NCBI GenBank assembly: GCA_025963875.1
Contig: JAOPZY010000260.1
Coordinates: forward strand, 583 to 64,582
Length of the DNA: 64,000 nt
Source of the DNA: Actinomycetota bacterium
GTDB lineage: Bacteria > Actinomycetota > CADDZG01 > JAHWKV01 > JAOPZY01
Direction of reading: 5' to 3'
Made by a program: the position numbers and the translations under genes. Under the pieces are notes generated by a model that searched no databases, had not been told where the DNA came from, and worked only from the letters and a program-made list of their open reading frames with translations. This document shows positions 1 to 9,211 of this stretch, in pieces; position 1 is the stretch's first letter; every line of letters begins with the position of its first letter.

Positions 1-151
1 CTGCGTAGCGGGTGCGGTGCTCGGCCAGGCTCTGCCACGCCCCCCGCTCCGCTCCCGGTGCCGGCAGGTGGGCGAGCAGCCGAGGGGCTGGGATTCCGTG
101 CGCCGGATGTGCCGGCGGGCGGTCGGTGGCCATCTCAGTCGTGGGGGTCAC
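1..151 (-). CDS. Partial CDS running off the window start, hypothetical protein. Translation begins V/MATDRPPAHPAHGIPAPRLLAHLPAPGAERGAW.
   Basis: A GAAGGAG-like RBS sits 5 nt upstream of a GTG at about 149-151, with an in-frame ATG at about 131-133. The ORF is open to the window edge. Not in the ORF track because it is truncated. Confidence 0.25.
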   Translation of the reverse strand, partial: MTPTTEMATDRPPAHPAHGIPAPRLLAHLPAPGAERGAWQSLAEHRTRYA

Positions 152-264
152 GTGGGGCTCCTTCGATTCTTAGTCGGGCCTTTGTCGGGACCACCGGCGT
201 GCGGTGTCGGTGTCATGGTCGACCCCGCTCGTGAGAGTCCGCTGTGGTTCTGCTCAGAGGCCCC

Positions 265-831
265 TCAGAAACGGTGGGGCACGGGCACGGCCGCCTGGGG
301 CCGTGGCGGCATCGCCGAGATCACCCGCACGGTGGTGAGGGCGGCGACCACGACCGATATGGCGATGGTGCCCCACACCATCAGGGGGGAATGGCGGTCG
401 GTGCCGGCGGACAGGCCGTGGATCGCTGTGACGACGAAGAGCGGGAAGCTGGCGAAGTGGACGCTGCGCCACCAGCGCTGAGGGAGGCGGGAGCGCACCA
501 GCGACGTCACCTCGATGGCGACGAGCAGGTAGAAGCCGACGATGCCCCAGGCGACCGCCACGGGGTGCCAGGTGCCGGTGAGCGGCACCAGGACCTCCGC
601 GAGGCCGAAGTGCACGTAGGTGTCGAGCAGGATCGCCACGACGTGGATCCCGGTGAAGACGAGCGCCGCGGCGCCCAGGAACCGGTGGAGGTCCAGCAGC
701 CAGGCGGGCCGGGTGATCCGGTTCGCCGCCCTCGTCGTGATGGCGAGGCCCCACAGCACCGAGGCGGCCAGCAGCAGCGAGGCGAGGATGCCCCCGGAGC
801 GGGCCGTGTACCACCAGATCTGACTGTTCAC
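265..831 (-). CDS. Ferric-reductase-like transmembrane domain protein (MsrQ/FRD-type heme-b membrane protein)
   Basis: 188 aa with about 6 predicted TM helices and conserved His pairs. Its ATG overlaps the apbE stop in an ATGA junction, indicating one operon. Confidence 0.55.
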   Translation of the reverse strand: MNSQIWWYTARSGGILASLLLAASVLWGLAITTRAANRITRPAWLLDLHRFLGAAALVFTGIHVVAILLDTYVHFGLAEVLVPLTGTWHPVAVAWGIVGFYLLVAIEVTSLVRSRLPQRWWRSVHFASFPLFVVTAIHGLSAGTDRHSPLMVWGTIAISVVVAALTTVRVISAMPPRPQAAVPVPHRF

Positions 832-1784
832 ATCGCCGCCTCGCTCACGGCGGGGATGTCCCCGAGGAAGGCCGTGAGGTTCGTGGTCTGGAGTACGGAG
901 CCGTCGTCGGTGACGAACAGACCCGCGGCGCCGAAGTCGTCGAGCAGCGCCGCTCCCGCCGTTGCGCCGCTCACGAAGACAGCCTTCGACAGCATCTCCG
1001 CCTGCCAGGCATGGGCCGCCACGACCGTGACGGCGGCGAGTCCGGCGTCGGCAGGCATGCCGGTGCGGGGGTCGATGAGATGGTGGGAGGGCTTCCCCCC
1101 GGCCGCCGTCCAGCGCCGGCGGAGCCGGCTGGACGTCGCGACCCCTCCGTCGGCGAGGCCCAGGACGGCCACCGATTCTTCGCTGACGGGGCTGTCGACG
1201 CCGACGGCCCAGCCGGATCCGGGGACGCTGTCCGGCGGCGTGCCGCAGACGCGGAGGTCGCCGCCGACGTTGACACAGGCGCCCTCCGCCCCTGCGGCGA
1301 TGAGCTCCCCGGCGACCATGTCGGCGGCGAGGCCCTTGCCGATCCCGCCCGGGTCGAAGCCCACTCCGGGTGGCAGCTCAATTGTGCGATCGACGGGATT
1401 GATCCGGATGCCCCCGGCTCCAATCCGAAGCTGGCTGTTGGCGAGGGGGCCGGTGAGCAGGGCCGGCAGGGATTCGAAGCTCACCGTGTAGCCCGCCCGG
1501 AGGACGTCGCCCAGTACGGTGGGGTCGTACGCCCCTCCGGTCACGAACCAGGCTCCCACGGCGGTGCTCACGAGACGGATGGTCTCGCCGGACACCTCCA
1601 TGGCTCGCCCGCCGGCTGTGTTGAGCAAGCTGACCTCGCTGTCCGGACGGAACCGGCTCCAGAGGCGCTCCAGCTCGTCGAGGCGCTCCCTGGCCCGCTC
1701 CGTCAGCCCGGGGGGGCCGCCGACGGCGATCACGGTCGCGTCGCTGCCCATCACGCGGAACGCAAGCCGGTCAGTGGCTTGCAT
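828..1784 (-). CDS. apbE: FAD:protein FMN transferase (ApbE family flavin transferase)
   Basis: 318 aa matching the ApbE family over its length (GGIGKG-type motif, DPGGIGKG). Translationally coupled to the downstream ferric-reductase-like gene. Confidence 0.8.
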   Translation of the reverse strand: MQATDRLAFRVMGSDATVIAVGGPPGLTERARERLDELERLWSRFRPDSEVSLLNTAGGRAMEVSGETIRLVSTAVGAWFVTGGAYDPTVLGDVLRAGYTVSFESLPALLTGPLANSQLRIGAGGIRINPVDRTIELPPGVGFDPGGIGKGLAADMVAGELIAAGAEGACVNVGGDLRVCGTPPDSVPGSGWAVGVDSPVSEESVAVLGLADGGVATSSRLRRRWTAAGGKPSHHLIDPRTGMPADAGLAAVTVVAAHAWQAEMLSKAVFVSGATAGAALLDDFGAAGLFVTDDGSVLQTTNLTAFLGDIPAVSEAAM

Positions 1785-2109
1785 GGGACCGGGTGACGGG
1801 CTGCTGGTTGAAGCTCCGGGCGGGGAGCCCGCCGTAGGCAGACTGGTTGTTGGACGTGGACGGCGCTGTGGTTTGCGCCGGTGCCGGGGCTGCGGGCACG
1901 TACGCGGGCGCAGGGGCGACGTCCGCTGGTGGCGACGGCGCCGGTGTCGCGTCGGGTTGGGTGGTGCTGGTCGTCGAGGTCGAGGCGGCCGTCCGGCTCG
2001 CCGCGAGGGCTCCGATGATCCCGAGGAAGCCCCCGACCGAAAGCAGCGCCGTCGCCACGCGTGCCTGGGCGGCGGCGTGGCGGCGTTGCGAGGAGGGATT
2101 GGTGGACAT
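1771..2109 (-). CDS. Small membrane-anchored low-complexity (Thr/Ala/Pro-rich) protein
   Basis: Basic N-terminus (QRRHAAAQARV), one TM helix (ALLSVGGFLGIIGALAA), then a T/S/A/P-rich tail. The start is placed at the internal M (MSTNPSS). It overlaps the apbE start by 14 nt. It has the same architecture as the 2186-2500 protein. Confidence 0.35.
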   Translation of the reverse strand: MSTNPSSQRRHAAAQARVATALLSVGGFLGIIGALAASRTAASTSTTSTTQPDATPAPSPPADVAPAPAYVPAAPAPAQTTAPSTSNNQSAYGGLPARSFNQQPVTRSHASH

Positions 2110-2185
2110 CACGTGTCCCAGTGTGGGCGCCATTTCTCAGAACTGGCTCAGAGCGGGCTGAAAGTTCCGGGAACATCCGGTTTCT

Positions 2186-2500
2186 TCAGCTGCTGTGGGT
2201 GGTGGTGACATCCTTGGTGCTGGTCGAGGTCGTGGCGGGGGTCGCCGCAGCAGGCGACGGCGCCCCGGCCGTGGAGGTGGCCGCGGCCGTGGAGGTGGTC
2301 GCGGCCGTGGAGGTGGTCGCTTTTGCCGCCGACGTCGTCGAGCCCGAGGACGTGGGAGCGCTGCCGCTGGCGGACGCCATTCCAAAGGCGGCGGCGAGGA
2401 ATTCTCCGATCGACAGGAGGGCTGCGGCGGCCCGGGTCCGGCTGGCCGGGTGGCGGCGCCGGACGTTCCTTTGGTCCTGTGGCTTCGGCGGGGTCGGCAT
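2186..2500 (-). CDS. Small membrane-anchored Thr/Ser/Ala-rich protein, paralogous in architecture to 1771-2109
   Basis: The internal start MPTPPKPQDQRNVRRRHPASRTRAAAALLSIGEFLAAAFG is followed by a T/S/A-rich tail. It is divergent from the response regulator gene. Confidence 0.35.
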   Translation of the reverse strand: MPTPPKPQDQRNVRRRHPASRTRAAAALLSIGEFLAAAFGMASASGSAPTSSGSTTSAAKATTSTAATTSTAAATSTAGAPSPAAATPATTSTSTKDVTTTHSS

Positions 2501-2627
2501 CGCCGGCTCCTTTCTTCGGTTTCGGTGGGTTCCTTCCTGGCCTCCACGATCGGCCTGGCATCTCACAGGGCTCTGAGAAGGAACTCCGGGATCCCTCACA
2601 GCAGGCTCTGAGGTAATCCTGAGGAAT

Positions 2628-3338
2628 GTGGCTGAAACTTTGGGCATGGAACGACCAAGCCGCATCCTGGTGGTGGACGACGAGGAGAACATCCGCGAGC
2701 TCCTCGCGATGGGTCTTCGCTACGAGGGCTTCGAGGTCGAGGTGGGCGACGGGGGGCGCGCTGCGCTCGCCGCCGTGCCCAAGTTCCGGCCCGACCTCAT
2801 CGTGCTCGATGTGATGATGCCGGACCTCGACGGGTTCGACGTCTGCCGCCGGCTGCAGGCCGACGGCGTCCGGGCCCCCGTGATCTTCCTCACCGCCCGC
2901 AAGGGCCTGGAGGACCGGCTGACCGGCCTCACGATCGGCGCGGACGACTATCTCACGAAGCCCTTCAGCTTCGAGGAGCTGCTCGCCCGGGTCCGCATCG
3001 TGCTGCGGCGCCTCGGCCGGGCCGCCGACGCGCCCCACCGGCTCAACTTCGCCGACCTGGAGCTTGACGAGGACGCCCACGAGGTGTGGCGCAACGGCGA
3101 GCGCATCGATCTCACGCCCACCGAGTTCAACCTGCTGCACTTCCTGCTCACCAACAACGGACGGGTGCTCTCCAAGCAGCAGATCCTGGACAACGTCTGG
3201 CAGTACGACTTCAATGGTGACGCCTCGGTCGTGGAGACCTACGTGTACTACCTGCGCAAGAAGATCGATGCCGTGCAGCCTCCCCTGATCCACACGGTGC
3301 GGGGCGTCGGTTACACGTTGCGCCTGCCCCGCAAGTAG
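2628..3338 (+). CDS. OmpR-family two-component response regulator
   Basis: Receiver domain (ILVVDDEENIRELL, phospho-acceptor D in DVMMPDLDGF) plus a winged-helix OmpR/PhoB DNA-binding domain (TPTEFNLLHFLL, VRGVGYTL). The start is GTG at 2628 or ATG at 2646. Confidence 0.9.
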   Translation: MAETLGMERPSRILVVDDEENIRELLAMGLRYEGFEVEVGDGGRAALAAVPKFRPDLIVLDVMMPDLDGFDVCRRLQADGVRAPVIFLTARKGLEDRLTGLTIGADDYLTKPFSFEELLARVRIVLRRLGRAADAPHRLNFADLELDEDAHEVWRNGERIDLTPTEFNLLHFLLTNNGRVLSKQQILDNVWQYDFNGDASVVETYVYYLRKKIDAVQPPLIHTVRGVGYTLRLPRK

Positions 3339-3340
3339 CC

Positions 3341-4810
3341 GTGTCGCTGCGCCTGCGTCTGGTGACCGGGCTTGCGGCGCTGGTGGTCGTCGGCCTGCTC
3401 GTCTTCGGCACCGTGACGTACCTTTCCGTCAACCGTTTCCTCCTCACCCGCCTCGACAGCCAACTCTCCGACGCCGCCAGGGCCCTGGTCGCGACCGACG
3501 CCGCGCGGCTCAGGATCCCCGGCGGGGGAGCCCCCGACGGGGGGCCGGGTCCCGGCGGCCCGGGTGGCTCTTCGGATGAGACCAGCGCGCGGAATGCCGC
3601 CGGCCCCGAGCTCTTCGTCGAGTTCGTGCACCCGGACGGCAGTGTGTTCGAGCCGGTCGGGGCAACGAGGGATCCGGGCGGCCTGGCGCCGCAAACCGGC
3701 CCGGTCGTGGCGGCGATGACCGCGCACCCCGGGGACAGGCAGGTGCGCCGCCTCACCGTCGCCCCCGAGGGGGGCGGCAAATCTGAGCGTGTGGCGGTGC
3801 TCCCGATGAACGCTGGGGCCATCGTCGTCACCGCGTCCCTGAAGCCCATCCGGGACACGCTGGAGCATCTCCTCGTCGTCGAGGTCGCGGTCGGGCTCGG
3901 CGTGCTGGTCCTCACCGGGGGGCTGGGGCTGGCGCTGGCGCGGCAGGCGACGCGCCCCCTGGAGGAGATCGCCGTCACGGCGGACGCAATCGCGGCCGGG
4001 GACATGGACCGCCGGGTGCCGCCCGGCCGGAGCGGCAGCGAGACAGGCCGCGTCGCCCGGGCCCTCAACGCCATGCTCGCCCAGATCCAGGATGCCTTCA
4101 CGCGGCGTGACGCCACGGAGGCGCGTCTCAGGACGTTCGTGGCCGACGCCTCCCACGAGCTCTCCACCCCGCTCACCTCCATCCGCGGGTACGCCGAGCT
4201 GTTCCACCGCGGCCTCCAGAACCGGCCGGAGGACCTCGCGAAGGCCCTGCAGCGCATCGAGAGCGAGGCCACCCGGATGGGCCTCCTCGTCGACGAGCTC
4301 CTCACGCTGGCGAGCTTCGACGCCGGGCGGCCGCTGGCCCGCGACCCGGTCGACCTGCGCAGCATCGCCCACGACGCTGCAGTCGACCTGCGGGCCGTCG
4401 ACCCCACGCGCCAGGTCGACCTCGATGCCGCCCACCCGGTCATCGTCGTCGGCGACGAGGCCCGCCTGCGCCAGGTGGCGGCCAACCTCGTTTCGAACGT
4501 CCGTCGCCACACGCCGGCGGGAACGTCGGTGACGGTGCGGGCGCATCAGGAGGACGGCGTCGGGCTGCTCGAGGTGGCCGACACGGGGCCGGGCATGACC
4601 GGCGAGCAGGCCGCCAAGGTGTTCGACCGCTTCTACCGGGTGGACAAGGCACGCTCCCGGGCGGTCGGCGGGGCCGGACTCGGGCTGGCCATCGTGGCGT
4701 CGATCGCCGAGGCCCACGGGGGCCAGGCATCGGTGAAGACGAGGGAGGGAAAGGGAACGACGTTCACCGTCGCGATCCCGCTGGCGGCACCGCCCCCCGA
4801 CGCCGGGTAG
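3341..4810 (+). CDS. Sensor histidine kinase (HAMP-HisKA-HATPase_c)
   Basis: N-terminal TM helix and periplasmic region, second TM helix, HAMP domain, H-box ASHELSTPLTSIRGY, G-boxes (DTGPGM, GGAGLGLAI). It lies 3 nt downstream of the regulator. Confidence 0.9.
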   Translation: MSLRLRLVTGLAALVVVGLLVFGTVTYLSVNRFLLTRLDSQLSDAARALVATDAARLRIPGGGAPDGGPGPGGPGGSSDETSARNAAGPELFVEFVHPDGSVFEPVGATRDPGGLAPQTGPVVAAMTAHPGDRQVRRLTVAPEGGGKSERVAVLPMNAGAIVVTASLKPIRDTLEHLLVVEVAVGLGVLVLTGGLGLALARQATRPLEEIAVTADAIAAGDMDRRVPPGRSGSETGRVARALNAMLAQIQDAFTRRDATEARLRTFVADASHELSTPLTSIRGYAELFHRGLQNRPEDLAKALQRIESEATRMGLLVDELLTLASFDAGRPLARDPVDLRSIAHDAAVDLRAVDPTRQVDLDAAHPVIVVGDEARLRQVAANLVSNVRRHTPAGTSVTVRAHQEDGVGLLEVADTGPGMTGEQAAKVFDRFYRVDKARSRAVGGAGLGLAIVASIAEAHGGQASVKTREGKGTTFTVAIPLAAPPPDAG

Positions 4811-4891
4811 CAGGCTCGAACTTTCTGCCAAAAAGTTCGGATAACGAGCTTTTTGGCACAATCTAGCCCCCGCAACGAAAGGAGCAGTTCG

Positions 4892-5614
4892 ATGAACCGA
4901 GGAGTACCTGTCTGGGCAAAGCTCGTCATCGCCGCTTTCCTGCTGCTGGTGGTGGGGGTGGTGGGTGGCCCGTACGTCTACATCCACTTCATCGAAGGCA
5001 AGGCACCGGCGCCGCTCAGCGTCAACACCTCCATATCGTCCACGGCATCCGCGTCTGCCAGCGCCTCCGCCGGCTCGACGTCGTCCAGCTCCATCGACGG
5101 GACGTGGAAGGTCACCTCCGGCTCCACCGTCGGCTACCGGGTGAACGAGACTCTCTTCGGTCAGTCCAACACGGCAACCGGGCGGACCGGCTCGGTCACC
5201 GGCTCGCTGACGGTTGCGGGGCACACGGCGACGGCGGGTTCCTTTACCGCCGCCCTGACCACGGTTGCCAGCGACAAGGCCCAGCGTGACCGCCAGTTCC
5301 AGGGCCGGATCATGAACACGGCCACCTACCCGACCGCCACCTTCAAGCTGACCCAGCCGATCGCGCTCGGCTCCGAGCCCGCCGACGGCGTCACCGTGAC
5401 GAAACAGGCCACCGGCGACCTGACCCTGCACGGCGTCACCAAGTCCATCACGTTCACGGTCAGCATCAAGAAGACCGGATCCACCGTCGCCGCCAGCGGC
5501 TCGGTCCCCGTCGTCTTCGCCGACTACAACATTGGCAATCCGAGCTTCGCCGGCACCGTCACGACCGACGACCACGGCACGCTCGAGTTCCTGCTGAACT
5601 TCACCAGGTCGTAG
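4892..5614 (+). CDS. YceI-family protein (polyisoprenoid-binding-like), secreted or membrane-anchored
   Basis: The N-terminal TM/signal region is followed by a low-complexity linker, then a YceI-like domain (GTWKV, TGDLTLHGVTKSITF). Confidence 0.7.
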   Translation: MNRGVPVWAKLVIAAFLLLVVGVVGGPYVYIHFIEGKAPAPLSVNTSISSTASASASASAGSTSSSSIDGTWKVTSGSTVGYRVNETLFGQSNTATGRTGSVTGSLTVAGHTATAGSFTAALTTVASDKAQRDRQFQGRIMNTATYPTATFKLTQPIALGSEPADGVTVTKQATGDLTLHGVTKSITFTVSIKKTGSTVAASGSVPVVFADYNIGNPSFAGTVTTDDHGTLEFLLNFTRS

Positions 5615-5652
5615 CCGGGGTCCCCGTCGGGCCCCGCGTCTACCCTGATCGG

Positions 5653-7038
5653 GTGAGGATCCGACGGATGCTGGCGTTCGGCGCGGCGCTCTCCCTCCTG
5701 GCGGGTTCGTGCTCGCACCCCAGCTCTTCGGCGTCCCACATCGCCGATCCCCCCGCATCCGTCCCGGCGAAGCCCGACTACACGCAGTCCTGTTCGCCGT
5801 CCGGGGCCGACGCCTCCGTCGAGTGCGCACAGGTGGTGCTCCAGTCGATCGACAACGCCCGGGCGAAGGAGCATGTCGGGCCGATGGTGCTCCCCTCGAA
5901 TTTCGGCAAGCTGTCCGTGCCCCAGCAGCTGTTCGTGGCCCTCAACCGGGAACGGGTCGACCGCCGCCTCCCGCCGATCACCGGGCTGAGCGATGGCCTC
6001 TCAGCCCTGGCGGAGCGGGGAGCGTCGACGGGCAGGCTCCCGGCGGACCCGGGATCCGGCTACAGCAACGCCGACACCGAGTGGATCGGTGCCGTTGCCA
6101 ACGCGCTCGACGCCGTGTACCAGTGGATGTATGAAAAGGGGTCGGCGTGGGCAGACCGCCACGCCGTCCTCGACGACTTCGGCTCCGCCGGCACGGTGGT
6201 CATGGGGGCGTCGTTCAGCCCTACCGGCGACACCGACCCGACCGACGGAGGCACGTCGCTGGCGGCGGTCGTTGCCGTGGCCGCGACGCCCGGCCCCCTT
6301 GCCTACGCCTGGACGCAGGCCCAGGCCGACCTCGCGGCAGGGACGCTGCGCCCCCGTGGCGCTCTGCCCACGAACGCCTCGGCCACCCACATCGCGGACC
6401 CGCCGCAGACCGTCCCGGCCAATCCGGACTTCACCGAGGCGTGCGCCCCTTCCGGTCTGGACAGTTCGGCAGCCTGCATCCAGTCGGCGCTGGAGGCGGT
6501 CGACAACGCCCGTGCCGCCGAGGGAGTGAAGGCGATGGTGTTGCCCACCGGCTTCGCCTCGTTGACCGTGCCGAAGCAGCTGTTCGTCGCCGTCAACCTC
6601 GAGCGCGTCGACCGCGGCCTGCCGCCGTTCGCCGGGCTGACCGCCGCCCTGAACGCGAACGCCCAGCGGGGAGCCGACATCGCCAACGACCCTCCCGATC
6701 CCGGGAAGGACTACGACGTGGTCGACACGGAGTGGGCCGGCGGGTCGAGCAATGGCCTCGATGCCGTGTACGGCTGGATGTACGACGACGGGGTCGGCAG
6801 CGGCAACCTGGACTGCCCGAAGGGAGGGGGGCCCGGGTGCTGGGGGCACCGCCACGGGATTCTCGATGACTTCGGGACGGTGGGCACCCTTGTCATGGGG
6901 GCGGCCCTCAACCCCACCTCCGACACCGGCGACGACAAGGGTGGCCCCTCGATGGCGGCATCGCTCGCCATCACCAGCAAACCCGTGCCCGGCTACACGT
7001 ACACGTGGGCGCAGGCGACCGGCTCCCCGGCTCCCTAG
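5653..7038 (+). CDS. Secreted lipoprotein with two tandem copies of a roughly 210-aa domain of unknown function
   Basis: Lipoprotein signal (LSLLAGSCS). Residues about 28-240 and 243-461 are clearly homologous (HIADPPxxVPAxPDxTxxCxPSG ... DTEWxG ... LDAVYxWMY ... HRHxxLDDFG ... YxWAQA). Confidence 0.6.
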   Translation: MRIRRMLAFGAALSLLAGSCSHPSSSASHIADPPASVPAKPDYTQSCSPSGADASVECAQVVLQSIDNARAKEHVGPMVLPSNFGKLSVPQQLFVALNRERVDRRLPPITGLSDGLSALAERGASTGRLPADPGSGYSNADTEWIGAVANALDAVYQWMYEKGSAWADRHAVLDDFGSAGTVVMGASFSPTGDTDPTDGGTSLAAVVAVAATPGPLAYAWTQAQADLAAGTLRPRGALPTNASATHIADPPQTVPANPDFTEACAPSGLDSSAACIQSALEAVDNARAAEGVKAMVLPTGFASLTVPKQLFVAVNLERVDRGLPPFAGLTAALNANAQRGADIANDPPDPGKDYDVVDTEWAGGSSNGLDAVYGWMYDDGVGSGNLDCPKGGGPGCWGHRHGILDDFGTVGTLVMGAALNPTSDTGDDKGGPSMAASLAITSKPVPGYTYTWAQATGSPAP

Positions 7039-7058
7039 CGCGCCGAGAAGGGCTCGGC

Positions 7059-8069
7059 CTAGGGTCCCGATGTCACGAAGGCCCAGATGACCTCGGCGGC
7101 CGACGGGGTGCCGTTGCCGCCGACGGGCCAGGTGTGGTCCCCGCCGGCGTAGGTGGCCAGTTCGACCCTGGTGGCGGCCGAGCACCGCCAGGTCTGTGCG
7201 GTGAGCTCGCCGGACGTCTGGCGCACGGGAGTCCCGTCGCAGACGTCCAGCGACCTCCAGGCAGTGACCTGGGCGGTGACCGTCGCCTCCTTGAACCCGC
7301 CGACGACGTGGGCGGGCGTCGTCGAGTCGTAGGTGACCCTGGGGTCCTTCGTGGCCGCCACCATGAGCAGGCTCACCGGGGCACCCACCTGGCAGGCCGT
7401 ACCCGGCACCGCGTGGATCGAGATGAGCGCCGTCAGGAGCGACGGATCGGCGCAGGCGACCCGGAAGGCGACCTTGCCGCCGTTGCTGTAGCCAACCAGG
7501 TAGGAGCCGGAAAGCGCCGGGTCGGCCTGGGTCTGGTGGAGGAGCGTGGCGACGAAACTCACGTCGTCGATGCCGGCGGTCTGGGCCGGCCCGCAGCAGG
7601 ACCCGCCGTCCCAGCTCTGCTGGAAACCGGCCGGGTAGATGAGCTCGGCATCCCCGCCGAAGGCGAGGGGGATCAGCCCGTCGCGGCCCGCCTCCTGGTC
7701 GGGCGTCACGCCAAGACCGTGCAGCACGACGAGGGCCGGGATCCGGGCCGCCACCGGGTGAGCCGGCAGGAAGGTCACGTAGGTGCGAGCCAGGCCCGCG
7801 ATGGTCACCGTCTGGGTTGTCTCGGTGAAGCCGGTGGTGACTACCGGCGATGGGCTTGCGGTGGATGTGGGGGTGGTGGGCGGCTTGCGGGCCGGGGCGG
7901 CGCCCGCATTGCCAGGCCCCTTCCCCAGAGCGAGCCGGGATGACGGGCGGCCATCCAGGCCGGGCAGTGCCAGGATCGACAGCACCACCACGAGGACGGT
8001 CAGAGCGCCAGCTACCGCAGCGGGTAGCGGCCACCGCCTGGGCTGTCGGTGCCGGGGGGCACGGGTCAT
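7059..8069 (-). CDS. PHB-depolymerase-family esterase (alpha/beta hydrolase, LpqC-like)
   Basis: N-terminal TM region and Pro/Thr linker, then an esterase domain with the nucleophile elbow GYSNGG and the LVVLHG motif. The start is set at an ATG overlapping the HAD stop (ATGA). The upstream part of the longer ORF is P/R/G-rich frame noise. Confidence 0.6.
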   Translation of the reverse strand: MTRAPRHRQPRRWPLPAAVAGALTVLVVVLSILALPGLDGRPSSRLALGKGPGNAGAAPARKPPTTPTSTASPSPVVTTGFTETTQTVTIAGLARTYVTFLPAHPVAARIPALVVLHGLGVTPDQEAGRDGLIPLAFGGDAELIYPAGFQQSWDGGSCCGPAQTAGIDDVSFVATLLHQTQADPALSGSYLVGYSNGGKVAFRVACADPSLLTALISIHAVPGTACQVGAPVSLLMVAATKDPRVTYDSTTPAHVVGGFKEATVTAQVTAWRSLDVCDGTPVRQTSGELTAQTWRCSAATRVELATYAGGDHTWPVGGNGTPSAAEVIWAFVTSGP

Positions 8070-8680
8070 CGTGGTGGCCAGCGTCTGACGCCAGGCTGGG
8101 TCCGGCCTGGTTGCAGCTTGTCGATCGGCTGTGAAGATGTTGCCCCGGCCAGGAGGGGGAGGAGGTCGGCCGGGTGCGCCAGGACCGTGTCGTTCCCCCG
8201 CGGCGTCGCCCGTGGGTTCCATCCCGCGAGCGCAAAGGCCACGCCAGCGTCGGTTGCACAGGCCCGGTCGTGGTCGGTGTCGCCGACGAACATGGCCTCC
8301 GCCGCGTCGAGGCCGAGGGTCGCCAGCACCAGGTCGAGGCGCTTGGGGCCCCCGAAGTCCTCCGAGAACAGCGCCGCGGCGGGTTTCCAACCGAGCCGGG
8401 CCAGCTCGGTGCGGCCCGAGGACGAGTGCTTGTTCGAACACAGGCCCCAGCGGCTCAGGGCGGCGAGCATCTCCTCCACGCCCGGGAAGGGTAGCGTGGC
8501 CCCGTGGTCGTAGGCCTCGAGGAACGCCTCGAGGCTGACGCCCAGGCGGGCGCACTCGTCGGCCACGACGTGGCCGAAGGTGATGGACTCCGCAGGGATG
8601 CCCAGCGCCACGAATGCACCGGTGAGGGCCGCGTCGGAGTCGAGCAGCGTCCCGTCGAGGTCGAAGATGGGGACGAGCAC
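8066..8680 (-). CDS. HAD-superfamily hydrolase (phosphatase-like)
   Basis: N-terminal FDLDGTLLDS (HAD motif I), a VGDTDHD-type motif III, and about 200 aa overall. Confidence 0.7.
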   Translation of the reverse strand: MLVPIFDLDGTLLDSDAALTGAFVALGIPAESITFGHVVADECARLGVSLEAFLEAYDHGATLPFPGVEEMLAALSRWGLCSNKHSSSGRTELARLGWKPAAALFSEDFGGPKRLDLVLATLGLDAAEAMFVGDTDHDRACATDAGVAFALAGWNPRATPRGNDTVLAHPADLLPLLAGATSSQPIDKLQPGRTQPGVRRWPPR

Positions 8681-8953
8681 CTTTCAGTAGTCTCCTCTGG
8701 TCCTGACGGTATGTTCTCGTAGGTCTCGTGCGACCGGCTCATCATTCCTGCGTACCCGGTGGAAGTGGGGCGAGGTGTTACCCCCGCGTAACGTCGAGGC
8801 CGTACCATGCCAGAGAAGATGAAGAGCCGCCGGGTTCGTCGAGCTCCGAGAACCCGTGGACGATGCCAGCGCCGCCGTGGCGAGCGCAGGCCCGCCGGTA
8901 GACGCCCGGCGGCGCCGGGCCAGTTCCTCCGCTGTCCCTTGACCCAGGCTGGC

Positions 8954-9211
8954 ATGGCAGTTCCGGATCCCTGTCATACAGTCCCCGACGCCGCAGCATC
9001 GAGGAGGTCGGATTTGGAGTTCGAAGACAGTGGCAGCGGGCTCGACTGGGTGGACTGCCCCGAGTGCGGCCTCCCCGCCTACGTCCTGGACCGCTTCGTC
9101 CGGCCTTCGACGGACGGTCCGCTTCCGCACGCGGTCACCGTGTGCGCCCGCATGCACCATCTCTGCATGACCGACGAGCCAGCCAGTCAGATCGACCCCG
9201 GGTTGGCATGA
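8954..9211 (+). CDS. Small Cys-containing hypothetical protein (possible zinc ribbon)
   Basis: Contains WVDCPECG ... C-x3-HH-x-C. Its stop overlaps the ATG of the next gene in an ATGA junction. The start codon is uncertain. Confidence 0.25.
   Translation: MAVPDPCHTVPDAAASRRSDLEFEDSGSGLDWVDCPECGLPAYVLDRFVRPSTDGPLPHAVTVCARMHHLCMTDEPASQIDPGLA

Noticed and set aside
1771-2109. Small protein upstream of apbE as the FMN_bind flavinylation substrate
   Set aside because: No [S/T]GA[S/T]-type flavinylation motif or FMN_bind-like region could be recognised. Only the TM-anchor plus low-complexity tail is present.
2195-2611. Arg/Gly-rich plus-strand ORFs (138 and 97 aa) overlapping the small membrane-protein gene
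   Set aside because: Extreme low-complexity (GRGGGRGR) frame artefact.
3311-5830. 839-aa minus-strand ORF antisense to the histidine kinase and YceI genes
   Set aside because: Arg/Gly/Pro/Asp-rich composition typical of an open alternative frame in 70%-GC DNA, with no domain-like sequence, and it overlaps two clearly real genes. The same reasoning applies to 6001-8259(-), 9951-11420(-), 15317-17566(-), 28592-31519(-), 32616-34100(+), 43625-45052(+) and 53213-56149(-).
5653-7038. Duplicated lipoprotein domains as SCP/CAP (PR-1) domains
   Set aside because: The CAP signature motifs (GHYTQ[VM]VW and the HNxxR block) are absent. CWGHRHGILDDFG is only superficially similar.
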